This document shows positions 28,641 to 37,614 of a stretch of 59,224 bases of DNA, piece after piece. The position numbers and the translations under genes were made by a program. Origin of the DNA: a virus (lineage: Duplodnaviria; Caudoviricetes); the IMG/VR virus record IMGVR_UViG_3300042309_002053, positions 1-59,224 of that record. The stretch is one strand, 5' to 3'. Within the stretch, counting starts at the first letter, position 1. Every line of letters begins with the position of its first letter. The notes under the pieces are model-generated. The model did not search any database, was not told where the DNA came from, and worked only from the letters and a program-made list of their open reading frames with translations.

Positions 28641-28652
28641 ATATCATATAAT
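28624..28652 (+). promoter_or_regulatory. Sigma70-type promoter for the 7-deazaguanine locus
   Basis: TTGACG-17 nt-TATAAT. Confidence 0.8.
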
Positions 28653-28667
28653 ATTATGTACCTGTGA

Positions 28668-28704
28668 CAGCTGCCCTTCCAGCTGAAACTAAAATAACTA
28701 GGAG
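28668..28704 (+). promoter_or_regulatory. Candidate SD-sequestering pseudoknot in the queE 5' UTR
   Basis: Stem CAGCTG/CAGCTG, loop CCCTTC, A-rich linker, then AGGAG; loop CUUC can pair with GGAG. Confidence 0.45.
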
Positions 28705-28709
28705 TTCTA

Positions 28710-29573
28710 ATGTCTAAAATTAAAGTATCGGAGTTATTTTACTCCATTCAAGGCGAGGGTCGTTATATGGGCGTACCCTCGGTCTTTCTAAGAACCTTCG
28801 GCTGTAACTTTACCTGTGACGGCTTTGGTATGCCCCCTGGGGAGAAATCAATTGAACGCGATAAAGTTGCTACAAGAGCTGAAGAGTTCAAAACTTATAA
28901 AGATCTTCCTCTTGTATCCACTGGGTGTGATTCTTATGCTTCTTGGGATGTTCGTTTCAAGCATCTTAGCCCTGTTGTGGATACTAACGGCCTTGCCGAT
29001 TCGATTGTGGATTTACTTCCGCACAAGAGGTGGGAAGACGAACATCTTGTAATCACCGGCGGTGAGCCTCTTCTGGGATGGCAACGAGCTTACCCTGATC
29101 TTCTCTCACATGAGAAGATGCTTCCTCTTAAAGAGATCACATTCGAAACTAACGGCACCCAACCGCTATCAAAAGAGTTTCGACACTACTTGCTTGATTG
29201 GACCCTTAGCCCAGAATGGGGAAGACGCGGTTACGATAAGCTAACTTTCTCTGTGTCTGCTAAGCTCTCTGTTTCGGGTGAAAAGTGGGAAGATGCTATT
29301 AAACCAGAAGTAGTTGTTGATTATGAACAGGTAGGTTATACTTACTTGAAGTTTGTTGTAGCTACACCTCAAGATGCTACTGAAGCACAACACGCTGTCG
29401 AAGAGTATCGTAAAGCTGGTTTCAAAGGACCGGTTTATATCATGCCCGTGGGTGGTGTAGAATCTGTATACTCAATGAATAACAAGAACGTAGCATTAAT
29501 GGCTATGAAAAATGGATGGCGGTATTCCGATAGATTACAGGTACCGCTATTTAAAAATGAATGGGGTACCTAA
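28710..29573 (+). CDS. queE: 7-carboxy-7-deazaguanine synthase (radical SAM)
   Basis: ELFYSIQGEG, VFLRTFGCNFTC...CDS, VITGGEPLL, FETNGT, LKFVV. Confidence 0.9.
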   Translation: MSKIKVSELFYSIQGEGRYMGVPSVFLRTFGCNFTCDGFGMPPGEKSIERDKVATRAEEFKTYKDLPLVSTGCDSYASWDVRFKHLSPVVDTNGLADSIVDLLPHKRWEDEHLVITGGEPLLGWQRAYPDLLSHEKMLPLKEITFETNGTQPLSKEFRHYLLDWTLSPEWGRRGYDKLTFSVSAKLSVSGEKWEDAIKPEVVVDYEQVGYTYLKFVVATPQDATEAQHAVEEYRKAGFKGPVYIMPVGGVESVYSMNNKNVALMAMKNGWRYSDRLQVPLFKNEWGT

Positions 29574-30316
29574 TGTCAGATGAAGTTATAGTGTATTGGA
29601 CACCAGTTAGATTTCCTGAGGTTACCCCTGCTATTGACTTAGCTATACATGACTTAAACAATATAGTAGGGGAAATGTCGGGAGATTTGCCCGGGAGATC
29701 TACCAGTATTATAAATTGCCCAGCCATAACCGGGACCCTTAAAAATACATTTCGTGTTAAATCTAATTTAAATTATGATCTAACATGGTCCGATAATGGA
29801 TTTCACTCCTCACAAAAAAATCAAGAATTTTTTAACAAGTATGTTAAAATACGAGACACTAAAACCGGTCTTGTATCTATTGACAGTCTGGGTATGTTGT
29901 TTTTTACTGAAGCACCCTCTCTCATTATGGAGGTAAAAAATGCTACATATGCAAGAAATAATTTTCGATCAACTTCAATATTTACAGAAGGGTCATTCGA
30001 TATAGGTAAGTGGTACAGACCGACGGAGATCTCTTTTTTCTTTATGAATAAGAATTCAACTGTAAATATTTGCTATGATGATTCTTTATATTATGTTAAA
30101 TTTTTAACTGAAAAAAAAGTGAGACTTAAGAAATATCATTTCACCCGTAACCTAGCCGATAGACTAGATGGGTTTATCGTTAATAGAGATAACATTAAGG
30201 ATAACTTTAAAGATATTAAATTTATTAACAAACTACAAAAATACTATAATGCATTTGAACAATCAAGATATAAGTCTTATATCTTAAAAGAAATCAAAAA
30301 TAACTTGATGGAGTAA
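29573..30316 (+). CDS. hypothetical protein (AT-rich)
   Basis: TAATG overlap with queE; NCPA..NTF, GSFDIGKWYRP. Confidence 0.65.
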   Translation: MSDEVIVYWTPVRFPEVTPAIDLAIHDLNNIVGEMSGDLPGRSTSIINCPAITGTLKNTFRVKSNLNYDLTWSDNGFHSSQKNQEFFNKYVKIRDTKTGLVSIDSLGMLFFTEAPSLIMEVKNATYARNNFRSTSIFTEGSFDIGKWYRPTEISFFFMNKNSTVNICYDDSLYYVKFLTEKKVRLKKYHFTRNLADRLDGFIVNRDNIKDNFKDIKFINKLQKYYNAFEQSRYKSYILKEIKNNLME

Positions 30317-30318
30317 AC

Positions 30319-30996
30319 ATGAGCTTACAAAAAGGAAAGACCGACCCTGAGCTGGGTTATCAGATCGACGAATACCTTAAGGCAAAAGGTGTTCATACCC
30401 CTACAAACATCGATATGCTTCTTCGCAAAGACGAGGGCAAGATCAAAAAGATCGAGAAGCATTTCGCTGCCATTATGGATATTCTTGGCTTGGATCGTAA
30501 CGATGATTCACTTACTGAAACCCCTAAGCGTGTAGCTAAGATGTATGTGAATGAGATTTTCTGGGGCCTAAGACCTGAGAACTTTCCTAAGTGTACCGTT
30601 ATCGAGAATAAGATGGGGTATGACGAGATGGTGATTGAAAAAGACATTACACTAATGTCTAACTGCGAGCATCACTTTGTTACTATCGATGGTAAGGCTC
30701 ACGTAGCTTATATTCCTAAGGGTAAGGTTCTGGGTTTGTCTAAGCTTAATCGTATCGTAGAATACTTTGCGCGTAGACCTCAGGTTCAGGAACGAATTGC
30801 CGAACAGGTGTATCATGCTCTGGTCTATATTCTTGGTACTGAAGATGTGGCAGTGGTTATTGAGGGCGTTCACTACTGTGTTAAGTCGCGTGGTGTGGAA
30901 GATCACAGCTCGTATACTATGACTGCCAAACTAGGTGGCTGCTTTAGAAATGAGCCTGATTGCCGCGCCGAATTTATGTCACTGATTAAGAAATGA
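30319..30996 (+). CDS. folE: GTP cyclohydrolase I
   Basis: TPKRVAKMY, CEHHF, GLSKLNR, RRPQVQER, HYCVKSRGV. Confidence 0.96.
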   Translation: MSLQKGKTDPELGYQIDEYLKAKGVHTPTNIDMLLRKDEGKIKKIEKHFAAIMDILGLDRNDDSLTETPKRVAKMYVNEIFWGLRPENFPKCTVIENKMGYDEMVIEKDITLMSNCEHHFVTIDGKAHVAYIPKGKVLGLSKLNRIVEYFARRPQVQERIAEQVYHALVYILGTEDVAVVIEGVHYCVKSRGVEDHSSYTMTAKLGGCFRNEPDCRAEFMSLIKK

Positions 30997-31544
30997 TAGA
31001 ACCTTTTTATGTTGACACTGGATTAGATAATACTTTTAATTCTATTCTTATTAAAGAGATTATATACACTAAAGGCTGGGCTTTAAGTGGGGATATAGAA
31101 CTGTTTAATAACGGCGGTGATCTAGGGGATTATTCTGATTCAGGGTTTCAGTTTGTAAGTTTCCTTAAAGGGTCAAATGAAAATCACCCCCAATATAGTA
31201 CGGTAAATTCTTACGCAAGTTTGATAGGTAATATAGTATTAAAAAAACAAAAAAATATACTAATAAAAAATTATGACATGGGTCGATTTTTCTGGAGCTA
31301 TTATAATAAAGCTTCAAACGGTTTAACCCATGTAGATACATCAGAAAGCATGCAAGGTGATTATTTAAGCATAGTATATTACTTAAATAACAACGACGGC
31401 GGTACAGAAGTAGATGGTAAAAAATATAATAGCAAAGCGGGATATGCTTTAGTATTTAACTCCAGATCCCCGCACAGAGGGTTCGGTCCTTACAATGAAA
31501 AAATGAAGCTTGTTCTTAATATTATGCTGAGAATAAATTTTTAA
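30993..31544 (+). CDS. 2OG-Fe(II) oxygenase-like protein
   Basis: HVD, SIVYYLNNNDGGT, FNSRSPHRG, LVLN. Confidence 0.72.
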   Translation: MIEPFYVDTGLDNTFNSILIKEIIYTKGWALSGDIELFNNGGDLGDYSDSGFQFVSFLKGSNENHPQYSTVNSYASLIGNIVLKKQKNILIKNYDMGRFFWSYYNKASNGLTHVDTSESMQGDYLSIVYYLNNNDGGTEVDGKKYNSKAGYALVFNSRSPHRGFGPYNEKMKLVLNIMLRINF

Positions 31545-31548
31545 CCTT

Positions 31549-32154
31549 ATGGAAATTTTATCTCTATTTCCTGATTATCTACTTGTTGATCATGCATCAG
31601 ATCAAGAGTTATCCGATATAAGAGAAGAACTTTGGCTTAAAAAGACTGAAATTAGTAAACTTATAACTCAAGGCACCTGGGGAGATAATATATCTACCAC
31701 TGTTGATTTATGTAAAAACGTAATTAAACAATTTAATCTCATAAAACTCGAAAGCTTTATAGAACCTAGAATACATGCGTACTTAAAAACCTATACCTTG
31801 TATAAAGACGTTTCTAAAATTTCCTTATTTGAAAGCTGGGTTAATTTTTCGAATAGATACAGCTTTCAAAACTTACATATTCATCCTCCATGGCATTCAA
31901 CAGTAAGCGGGGTATTTTTTGTTGAAGTACCTGAGAATTGCGGAAATACTGTATTTGTACCGGGGTTAGTTGAAGAAGATTTAAAAGGCAGCTATGAAGT
32001 GAAACCCGAGCCTGGTAAACTTTTAATCTTTCACGGCTCTTTACCGCACATGGTTCGGGTTAATAACAGCACTTCTTCTAGAATTTCTATATCGTTTAAC
32101 TATAGTCTTAAAATAGATAGATTTTATAATTATGAGTTTGATAATGTGGTATAA
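31549..32154 (+). CDS. Putative 2OG-Fe(II) oxygenase
   Basis: SWVN, HIHP, SGVFFV, GKLLIFHGSLPHMV, RISISFN. Confidence 0.8.
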   Translation: MEILSLFPDYLLVDHASDQELSDIREELWLKKTEISKLITQGTWGDNISTTVDLCKNVIKQFNLIKLESFIEPRIHAYLKTYTLYKDVSKISLFESWVNFSNRYSFQNLHIHPPWHSTVSGVFFVEVPENCGNTVFVPGLVEEDLKGSYEVKPEPGKLLIFHGSLPHMVRVNNSTSSRISISFNYSLKIDRFYNYEFDNVV

Positions 32155-32575
32155 AAATTCTGAAGGGCGGTACGGTGCAAAAGGCGCCAAGGGTGATCTA
32201 GGAGAGTCTATTGTAGAAGAATATTGTAAAACAAACAGTATTCCTTTTGAGGATAAAAACGACTTAAACAGTCAAGTTAATCTTAAAATAGACTGTTTAA
32301 TTGACAGTACGCCTGTAGATGTAAAGTCAAACTTTTATCAAGGCTTCCTTTGTGTAGAGTTATACACAGTAAAAAATGGAGCGGGCTGGCTTTACACCAC
32401 AACAGCAAAGCAGATATACGGTGTAGATGTTGATACGAAGTCAATTTATCGATATAATGTGGATGATATGCTGACTTACGTCAATGAAAATAAAGCCCGA
32501 GCCAAAAAAACCAAGTTTGGTGACATTGTTATGTGGGTACCTGTTAAAGCAAAAATTATAGAGAAGCTACAATGA
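32132..32575 (+). CDS. PD-(D/E)xK nuclease-like protein
   Basis: GDLGESIV...IDCLI...VDVKSN spacing fits E..D..(D/E)xK; start could be 32144. Confidence 0.5.
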   Translation: MSLIMWYKNSEGRYGAKGAKGDLGESIVEEYCKTNSIPFEDKNDLNSQVNLKIDCLIDSTPVDVKSNFYQGFLCVELYTVKNGAGWLYTTTAKQIYGVDVDTKSIYRYNVDDMLTYVNENKARAKKTKFGDIVMWVPVKAKIIEKLQ

Positions 32576-33372
32576 AAATTAGTCATGAATCACCGATCTC
32601 TCTTCTTAATCATTCTCGTAGTTATAACGATTATGACTACGCTCTGGTACACCTCTTCGATTCAGATGAAACCTATCTTAAGTTCTTCGTCGAATCGCTG
32701 AAACAAGGTAGACATGTTATACTTGATAATTCTATCTTTGAGCTAGGCGAAGCTTACGACCATGAAAAGTTTTTGCACTGGGTTGATTATTTGAAGCCAA
32801 CAGAGTATATCATACCTGATGTGCTCGAAAGCAGCGTAGGAACAATGAATAATGCCCAAGAATGGAAAGAAAAGTTCTGGGGTAAGACCCCGAAAAGCAG
32901 TAAATGTATTGGGGTAGTTCAGGGCAAGACATACCAAGAAATAGTTCAATGCTATAAGTACCTGGATAATTATATTAATGTAGACAAGCTCGCTTTCTCC
33001 TTTGACTATTCACTATACCTTGAGCTTGCCCCGCACCCTAATAAATGGATGTCATTTGCACTAGGCCGTATTGCTTTGTTAAACAAGCTCCTCAATGATG
33101 GGATTATTAATACTAATAAACCGCATCATCTACTAGGATGTGCCCTGCCGATCGAGTTTATGTTTTACAGAAACGGCTTTGACTGGCTTGAAACCCTCGA
33201 TACATCTAACCCTGTTGTTCATGGTCTTCTCGGGATTGAATACGAGCCAGGTGGTCTAACCAAGAAAGAGTCTATTAAGCTGGTAGATCTTCTGTATAGA
33301 AATACAGATCAAACTGATGTTGACAAAATTGAACACAACGTTAAGATTTTTAGAAAAATCGTAAACGGCTAA
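32572..33372 (+). CDS. dpdA: DpdA-like / tRNA-guanine-transglycosylase-fold deazaguanine insertion enzyme
   Basis: ILDNSIFE (cf. TGT DSGGF), IPDV, GVVQG, HHLLG, LDTSNP (second catalytic Asp); lies inside the que cluster. Confidence 0.75.
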   Translation: MKISHESPISLLNHSRSYNDYDYALVHLFDSDETYLKFFVESLKQGRHVILDNSIFELGEAYDHEKFLHWVDYLKPTEYIIPDVLESSVGTMNNAQEWKEKFWGKTPKSSKCIGVVQGKTYQEIVQCYKYLDNYINVDKLAFSFDYSLYLELAPHPNKWMSFALGRIALLNKLLNDGIINTNKPHHLLGCALPIEFMFYRNGFDWLETLDTSNPVVHGLLGIEYEPGGLTKKESIKLVDLLYRNTDQTDVDKIEHNVKIFRKIVNG

Positions 33373-33373
33373 A

Positions 33374-34039
33374 ATGTTTTTCTACCCTACTGTTATTATT
33401 GATGATTTTTTAAAAGATCCTTTAAAGGTTAGAGAATACGCTTTGACTTTAAATTATAGCAAGGGATATAATTATTCGGGTAAGAGAACTGATAATCTAT
33501 TTAATGTAAATACCTATTTTAGTTCTTCTATATGCAATAAAATTTTATACTCGTGTGGAATTCCATTTATAGATTATAAAGCAGAATTGAATTTTCACCT
33601 TACCGGGCAGGAATTTGGAGAATCGGGATGGCCTCATACGGATTTTGACGATCTTAATGATACTAAGTTTGCATGCGTCGTTTATCTCAACACCCAGCCT
33701 AACGGGTTAGATAGCGGTACAAGTATTTTCAGGGTGAAGGGCTTCAAAAATATAGACGAGACCGTACCGGTGATGCAGACAACATTTAAAACGGGGCAGG
33801 ATAACTTAGAAGAAAAAAACAGTGCTATAGACAATTACGAAGAGACAGTTAGAGTAGGGGGAATATTTAATCGAATGATTGCATATGACTCTCGTCGTCC
33901 TCACTGTGGTAATGGGTACTTTGGAGACACCTCAGATAATCAACGACTTACTCTTTTAGCTTTTTTTAAAGAAATTGATTTATGTACCCCTTATAAGTTT
34001 ACCCCTATTGTTTACGCTGATATGGTTAGTAAAGTATGA
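33374..34039 (+). CDS. 2OG-Fe(II) oxygenase-like protein
   Basis: IIDDFLKDP..VREYAL, YSGKRT, WPHTD, VVYLN, FNRMIAYD...HC, RLT. Confidence 0.75.
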   Translation: MFFYPTVIIDDFLKDPLKVREYALTLNYSKGYNYSGKRTDNLFNVNTYFSSSICNKILYSCGIPFIDYKAELNFHLTGQEFGESGWPHTDFDDLNDTKFACVVYLNTQPNGLDSGTSIFRVKGFKNIDETVPVMQTTFKTGQDNLEEKNSAIDNYEETVRVGGIFNRMIAYDSRRPHCGNGYFGDTSDNQRLTLLAFFKEIDLCTPYKFTPIVYADMVSKV

Positions 34040-34578
34040 TATGGATTGCATTTTTTAGTCAAACAGGGTCTGAAATAGTTGAACTAAGCAAGCAGCTTGG
34101 TCGAAAACCTGATCTCATTGTTACGAATAACTTTGAAGAAAAAATAAAATTCCACCCTGGTATCCGAGAACTTGGCGTTACAATTCAATCTGCCAGGCAT
34201 GATATGCTTATGGAATACTTCCGTAAGCAGTTAATTTTGAAACCAGAAGATGTACTCATTACCCTCCACGGTTACTTGAGAATATTACCTCCCGATATTT
34301 GTGAGATGTATGAAATCTATAACGGTCATCCCGGGGCGATAGATCTCTACCCGGAATTAAAAGGTAAAGACCCGCAAGAAAAAGTATGGAATGATAATGC
34401 CAAATATCCTATAATAGGAAGTGTCGTGCATGAGTGTACGGCTGAGCTTGACGCAGGGGCAATTGTAAAAACTGTTCATTTTAGAAACAGAAGTTACTCC
34501 AAAGATGAAGTCTACAGCACTCTTAAAATGGCATCTCTTTCTGCCTGGAATTTCTTCTTGAAGGAAAAAGGTTTATGA
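34036..34578 (+). CDS. PurN-like formyltransferase (candidate DpdN, preQ1 formyltransferase)
   Basis: FFSQTGS, LHGYLRILP, NGHPG, GSVVH...LDAG match 10-formyl-THF formyltransferase motifs; between dpdA and queF. Confidence 0.8.
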   Translation: MIWIAFFSQTGSEIVELSKQLGRKPDLIVTNNFEEKIKFHPGIRELGVTIQSARHDMLMEYFRKQLILKPEDVLITLHGYLRILPPDICEMYEIYNGHPGAIDLYPELKGKDPQEKVWNDNAKYPIIGSVVHECTAELDAGAIVKTVHFRNRSYSKDEVYSTLKMASLSAWNFFLKEKGL

Positions 34579-35108
34579 GGATTGGTATTACTGGAGCGCA
34601 GTCGGTAGGTAAGACTACCTTACTTAACGCATTGCGTAGTGAAAAATTTTTTAAAGACTACGCTATTTGTGATGAAGTGACACGTCGCGTTCGTTCATAT
34701 GGTATACCGATTAACGAACAAGGTACTAGTGTTACTCAGCGTCTGATTATGAACGAGCATATCGTTAATATCTTCATGCATGAAAAGATGTTAACTGATC
34801 GTACCGCTCTTGACGGGTTAGTCTATACACTCTATCTGCATAAGAAGGGCAACATCGACTCTAAGACGCTTCTCTATGTTGAGGATGTCTTTAAACGTCT
34901 GATTAAGAGATATGATCATATTTTTTATATTGAGCCTGAGTTCGATATAGTAGATGATGGTGAGAGAAGCATCGACAAAGAGTTTAGAGATGAAATTGTT
35001 GAACTCTTCGACTCTGTAATGAAGCGGTATAAAATTAGTACTATAAAAATTAAAGGCTCAGTTAGAGATCGAGTCAATATGGTAATTGAAATTTTAGAAG
35101 GAAGATAA
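34575..35108 (+). CDS. P-loop NMP/dNMP kinase-like protein (AAA_28/NadR-like)
   Basis: GAQSVGKTT, DRTALD..VY, YDHIFY, DDGER. Confidence 0.75.
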   Translation: MRIGITGAQSVGKTTLLNALRSEKFFKDYAICDEVTRRVRSYGIPINEQGTSVTQRLIMNEHIVNIFMHEKMLTDRTALDGLVYTLYLHKKGNIDSKTLLYVEDVFKRLIKRYDHIFYIEPEFDIVDDGERSIDKEFRDEIVELFDSVMKRYKISTIKIKGSVRDRVNMVIEILEGR

Positions 35109-36037
35109 TGTCTGACAATCAAAAACAATTAAATGAGCTGGTATCGGTTCATCTAGGTAAGGCTGGTGATGGTACTGTGGTTAAGCCTTATGTAACGCCA
35201 GATGAGGTTGACTCTAGTCTGCTGGTTTCCGTACCTAGGCATTTGAACCGTACTGCATACGGTATCGACGATAATGCGCTTAACTTTGTCGGTGTTGATG
35301 CGTGGAACGGGTATGAATTCTCTACTTTGCTTGAGAATGGTTTTCCTGTATCGGGTTGGTTGAAGTTTACCTACCCAGCCAATTCTCCTAATATTGTTGA
35401 GTCTAAGTCTGTAAAACTGTATTTAAATTCTTATAATATGGCTCGACTCATTAAATCTACTGATGATGTCTGGCAGATTGAAGAGCAGATTACTCGAGAT
35501 CTTCGTAAGGCTGTAGGTAGTGAAGATGTAGAAGTATTCCTTCGTTGGGGTGATATTGATACCGTTAAGCCTATCATCGGTGACTTCGTATCTCTAGAGC
35601 ATTACTGTAACATTCAAAAGATGCAGTTTAATGACTATAATGAATACGCTGGTATTCTAGAGGTAGTTCCTTCTATTGGTCGTTATGAAAGATGGCGTTC
35701 ATACTCTCTGCGCTCTAATTGTCGAGTAACTAATCAGCCTGACTGGGGCGACGTTTTTGTTCATATTAAGGGTGATAAAGCTGTAACACCTGAGTCGCTT
35801 TTGAAGTATATTGTCAGTATGCGTAAGGAAAATCATTTCCATGAAGAAATTGCCGAATGTATCTACACCCGGTTATACGATCTCTTACAACCTGAAGAAC
35901 TATTCGTGGCATGTCTGTATACCCGGAGAGGGGGTATCGACATCAATCCCGTTAGAGCTTCTGATGTACGAACCCTCTACAAGTACGGGGCTATTTGCGA
36001 CGTTACTAACTTCTGCACGAAGACTCCAAGACAATGA
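35108..36037 (+). CDS. queF: NADPH-dependent 7-cyano-7-deazaguanine reductase, bimodular type
   Basis: IVESKSVKLYLNS, LRSNCRVTNQPDWG, HFHEE, YTRRGGIDINP. Confidence 0.93.
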   Translation: MSDNQKQLNELVSVHLGKAGDGTVVKPYVTPDEVDSSLLVSVPRHLNRTAYGIDDNALNFVGVDAWNGYEFSTLLENGFPVSGWLKFTYPANSPNIVESKSVKLYLNSYNMARLIKSTDDVWQIEEQITRDLRKAVGSEDVEVFLRWGDIDTVKPIIGDFVSLEHYCNIQKMQFNDYNEYAGILEVVPSIGRYERWRSYSLRSNCRVTNQPDWGDVFVHIKGDKAVTPESLLKYIVSMRKENHFHEEIAECIYTRLYDLLQPEELFVACLYTRRGGIDINPVRASDVRTLYKYGAICDVTNFCTKTPRQ

Positions 36038-36246
36038 TCAATTACAACGCATCTCCTGACCCTAATGTTGACGAGATCTGTAATGAGTTTTGTGCTCGAG
36101 CCGAACACGGCTTTAAAAAATATGGAGTAACCACCACGCGTACAGATCTTGATCTTGACCAATGGCTCCAGCATCTAAAAGAAGAACTGATGGATGCTGT
36201 AGTATATCTACATCGTATTCAAAAGGAAAGAAATGAAAGCAAGTGA
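36034..36246 (+). CDS. Small all-alpha MazG-like/NTP-pyrophosphatase-like protein
   Basis: G.KKYG...WLQHLKEELMDAVVY (EExxD helix); overlaps both queF and queC. Confidence 0.5.
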   Translation: MINYNASPDPNVDEICNEFCARAEHGFKKYGVTTTRTDLDLDQWLQHLKEELMDAVVYLHRIQKERNESK

Positions 36247-36994
36247 AGCACTAGCATTGCTACCTGAGACAAAAGGCTGCGTAGTTATTCTCTCTGGTGG
36301 TATGGATAGTACCATCACCATGCGTCTGGCTGTAGAGAAGTATGGCCGAGAGAATGTTTCCGCTCTGACCTTCTTTTACGGTCAGAAGCAGAAACGTGAA
36401 ATCGAAATGGCTAGGATGTCTACTAACCTGCTGGGTGTAAAGCATAAGGTTATTGATGCTTCGTTTCTTGGTGATATCTCTAAAGGCTTTTCTGCAAATG
36501 TTGACACCGATATGGAAATGCCTACGATTAGGGATGTGCTAGGTGATCCTAGACCTAAGACATATGTACCTAATCGTAATATGATTTTGATGTCTATTGC
36601 AGCTGCTTTTGCTGAAACTCAAAACGTCGATACTATCTTATGCGGTCTGCAGGTACATGATGAATACGGTTATCATGACACGACTCAGCGATGGGTAGAT
36701 AAGGTTAACGACCTCCTTTCTGAAAATCGTATAATTAAAATTAAACTGGTCGCGCCGTTTAGTAAACTGAGTAAGTTTGATGAGTTACATATCCTTCGGG
36801 AACTTGATGGTAATTTAAACTTGACTATGTTTACACTTACATGTTATAATCCTGATAGTGAAGGCAACAGCTGCGGTAACTGCCCTTCATGCTCGGAAAG
36901 AATTGCTAACTTTGCAAAGGTTGGTGAGAAAGATCCGATTGCGTATCGCTCTAAACTAGACTGGGATCATCTAATTGATAGGATGAAAGTATAA
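36233..36994 (+). CDS. queC: 7-cyano-7-deazaguanine synthase
   Basis: LSGGMDS, YGQ, TYVPNRN, TCY...CGNCPSC zinc motif. Confidence 0.93.
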   Translation: MKASEALALLPETKGCVVILSGGMDSTITMRLAVEKYGRENVSALTFFYGQKQKREIEMARMSTNLLGVKHKVIDASFLGDISKGFSANVDTDMEMPTIRDVLGDPRPKTYVPNRNMILMSIAAAFAETQNVDTILCGLQVHDEYGYHDTTQRWVDKVNDLLSENRIIKIKLVAPFSKLSKFDELHILRELDGNLNLTMFTLTCYNPDSEGNSCGNCPSCSERIANFAKVGEKDPIAYRSKLDWDHLIDRMKV

Positions 36995-37614
36995 TGTGTG
37001 CTATTTCAGGCTCTTTCAGTAAGAGCAAGCTTCTTGAGCTTTACCGTCTAAACGCATATCGCGGGGAGATGAATCATTCTCTAACTTCCTTCGAATATGA
37101 TAATGACGGTAGACTTAGACTAGGTGTCTTGTTCCAAGACGATGGACCCCTTGATACGGAAGTACTAGATTCTCTTCATGAGAAAGATGATAAGTATTTT
37201 TTAGCTCACTCTCAAGCTCCTACCACAGACACTAATAGTGTGCACCCAGCTGCGTACGGTGACGCCATGCTGTGGCATAATGGTATTATCAAACAAAAGA
37301 GTATGTCGCCAGGTACCTGGGATACCGCATGGCTTCTAGAACAAATTCTAAATTACGGTTGGTCGTCCCTATCGAGGGTAGATGGTACGTTTGCCTGTGT
37401 AATGTTTTGGGGTAATAACCTATACTGTTTTAGAAACGAAATTTCACCGTTATTTGTGGATAAAGAACTTAACCTTTCATCTACCAAAGCAGAAGGGTTT
37501 GAGTCGCTTAAACCTAATGTTGTTCATAAAATGAATTTAGAATTCCGCACTTTGACCCCAGTTGCCTATTTCGATACTTTTGAGAACCCTTATTATTTTG
37601 GAGATGCAGCGTAA
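36994..37614 (+). CDS. Stand-alone class II (Ntn) glutamine amidotransferase-like protein
   Basis: N-terminal Cys (MCAISG), LWHNGII, WDT, GTFA, FRNEISPL; TAATG coupling to queC. Confidence 0.75.
   Translation: MCAISGSFSKSKLLELYRLNAYRGEMNHSLTSFEYDNDGRLRLGVLFQDDGPLDTEVLDSLHEKDDKYFLAHSQAPTTDTNSVHPAAYGDAMLWHNGIIKQKSMSPGTWDTAWLLEQILNYGWSSLSRVDGTFACVMFWGNNLYCFRNEISPLFVDKELNLSSTKAEGFESLKPNVVHKMNLEFRTLTPVAYFDTFENPYYFGDAA

Noticed and set aside
34036-34578. Formyltransferase as a purine-biosynthesis auxiliary gene (purN)
   Set aside because: No other pur genes nearby, motifs are divergent, and it is embedded between dpdA and queF
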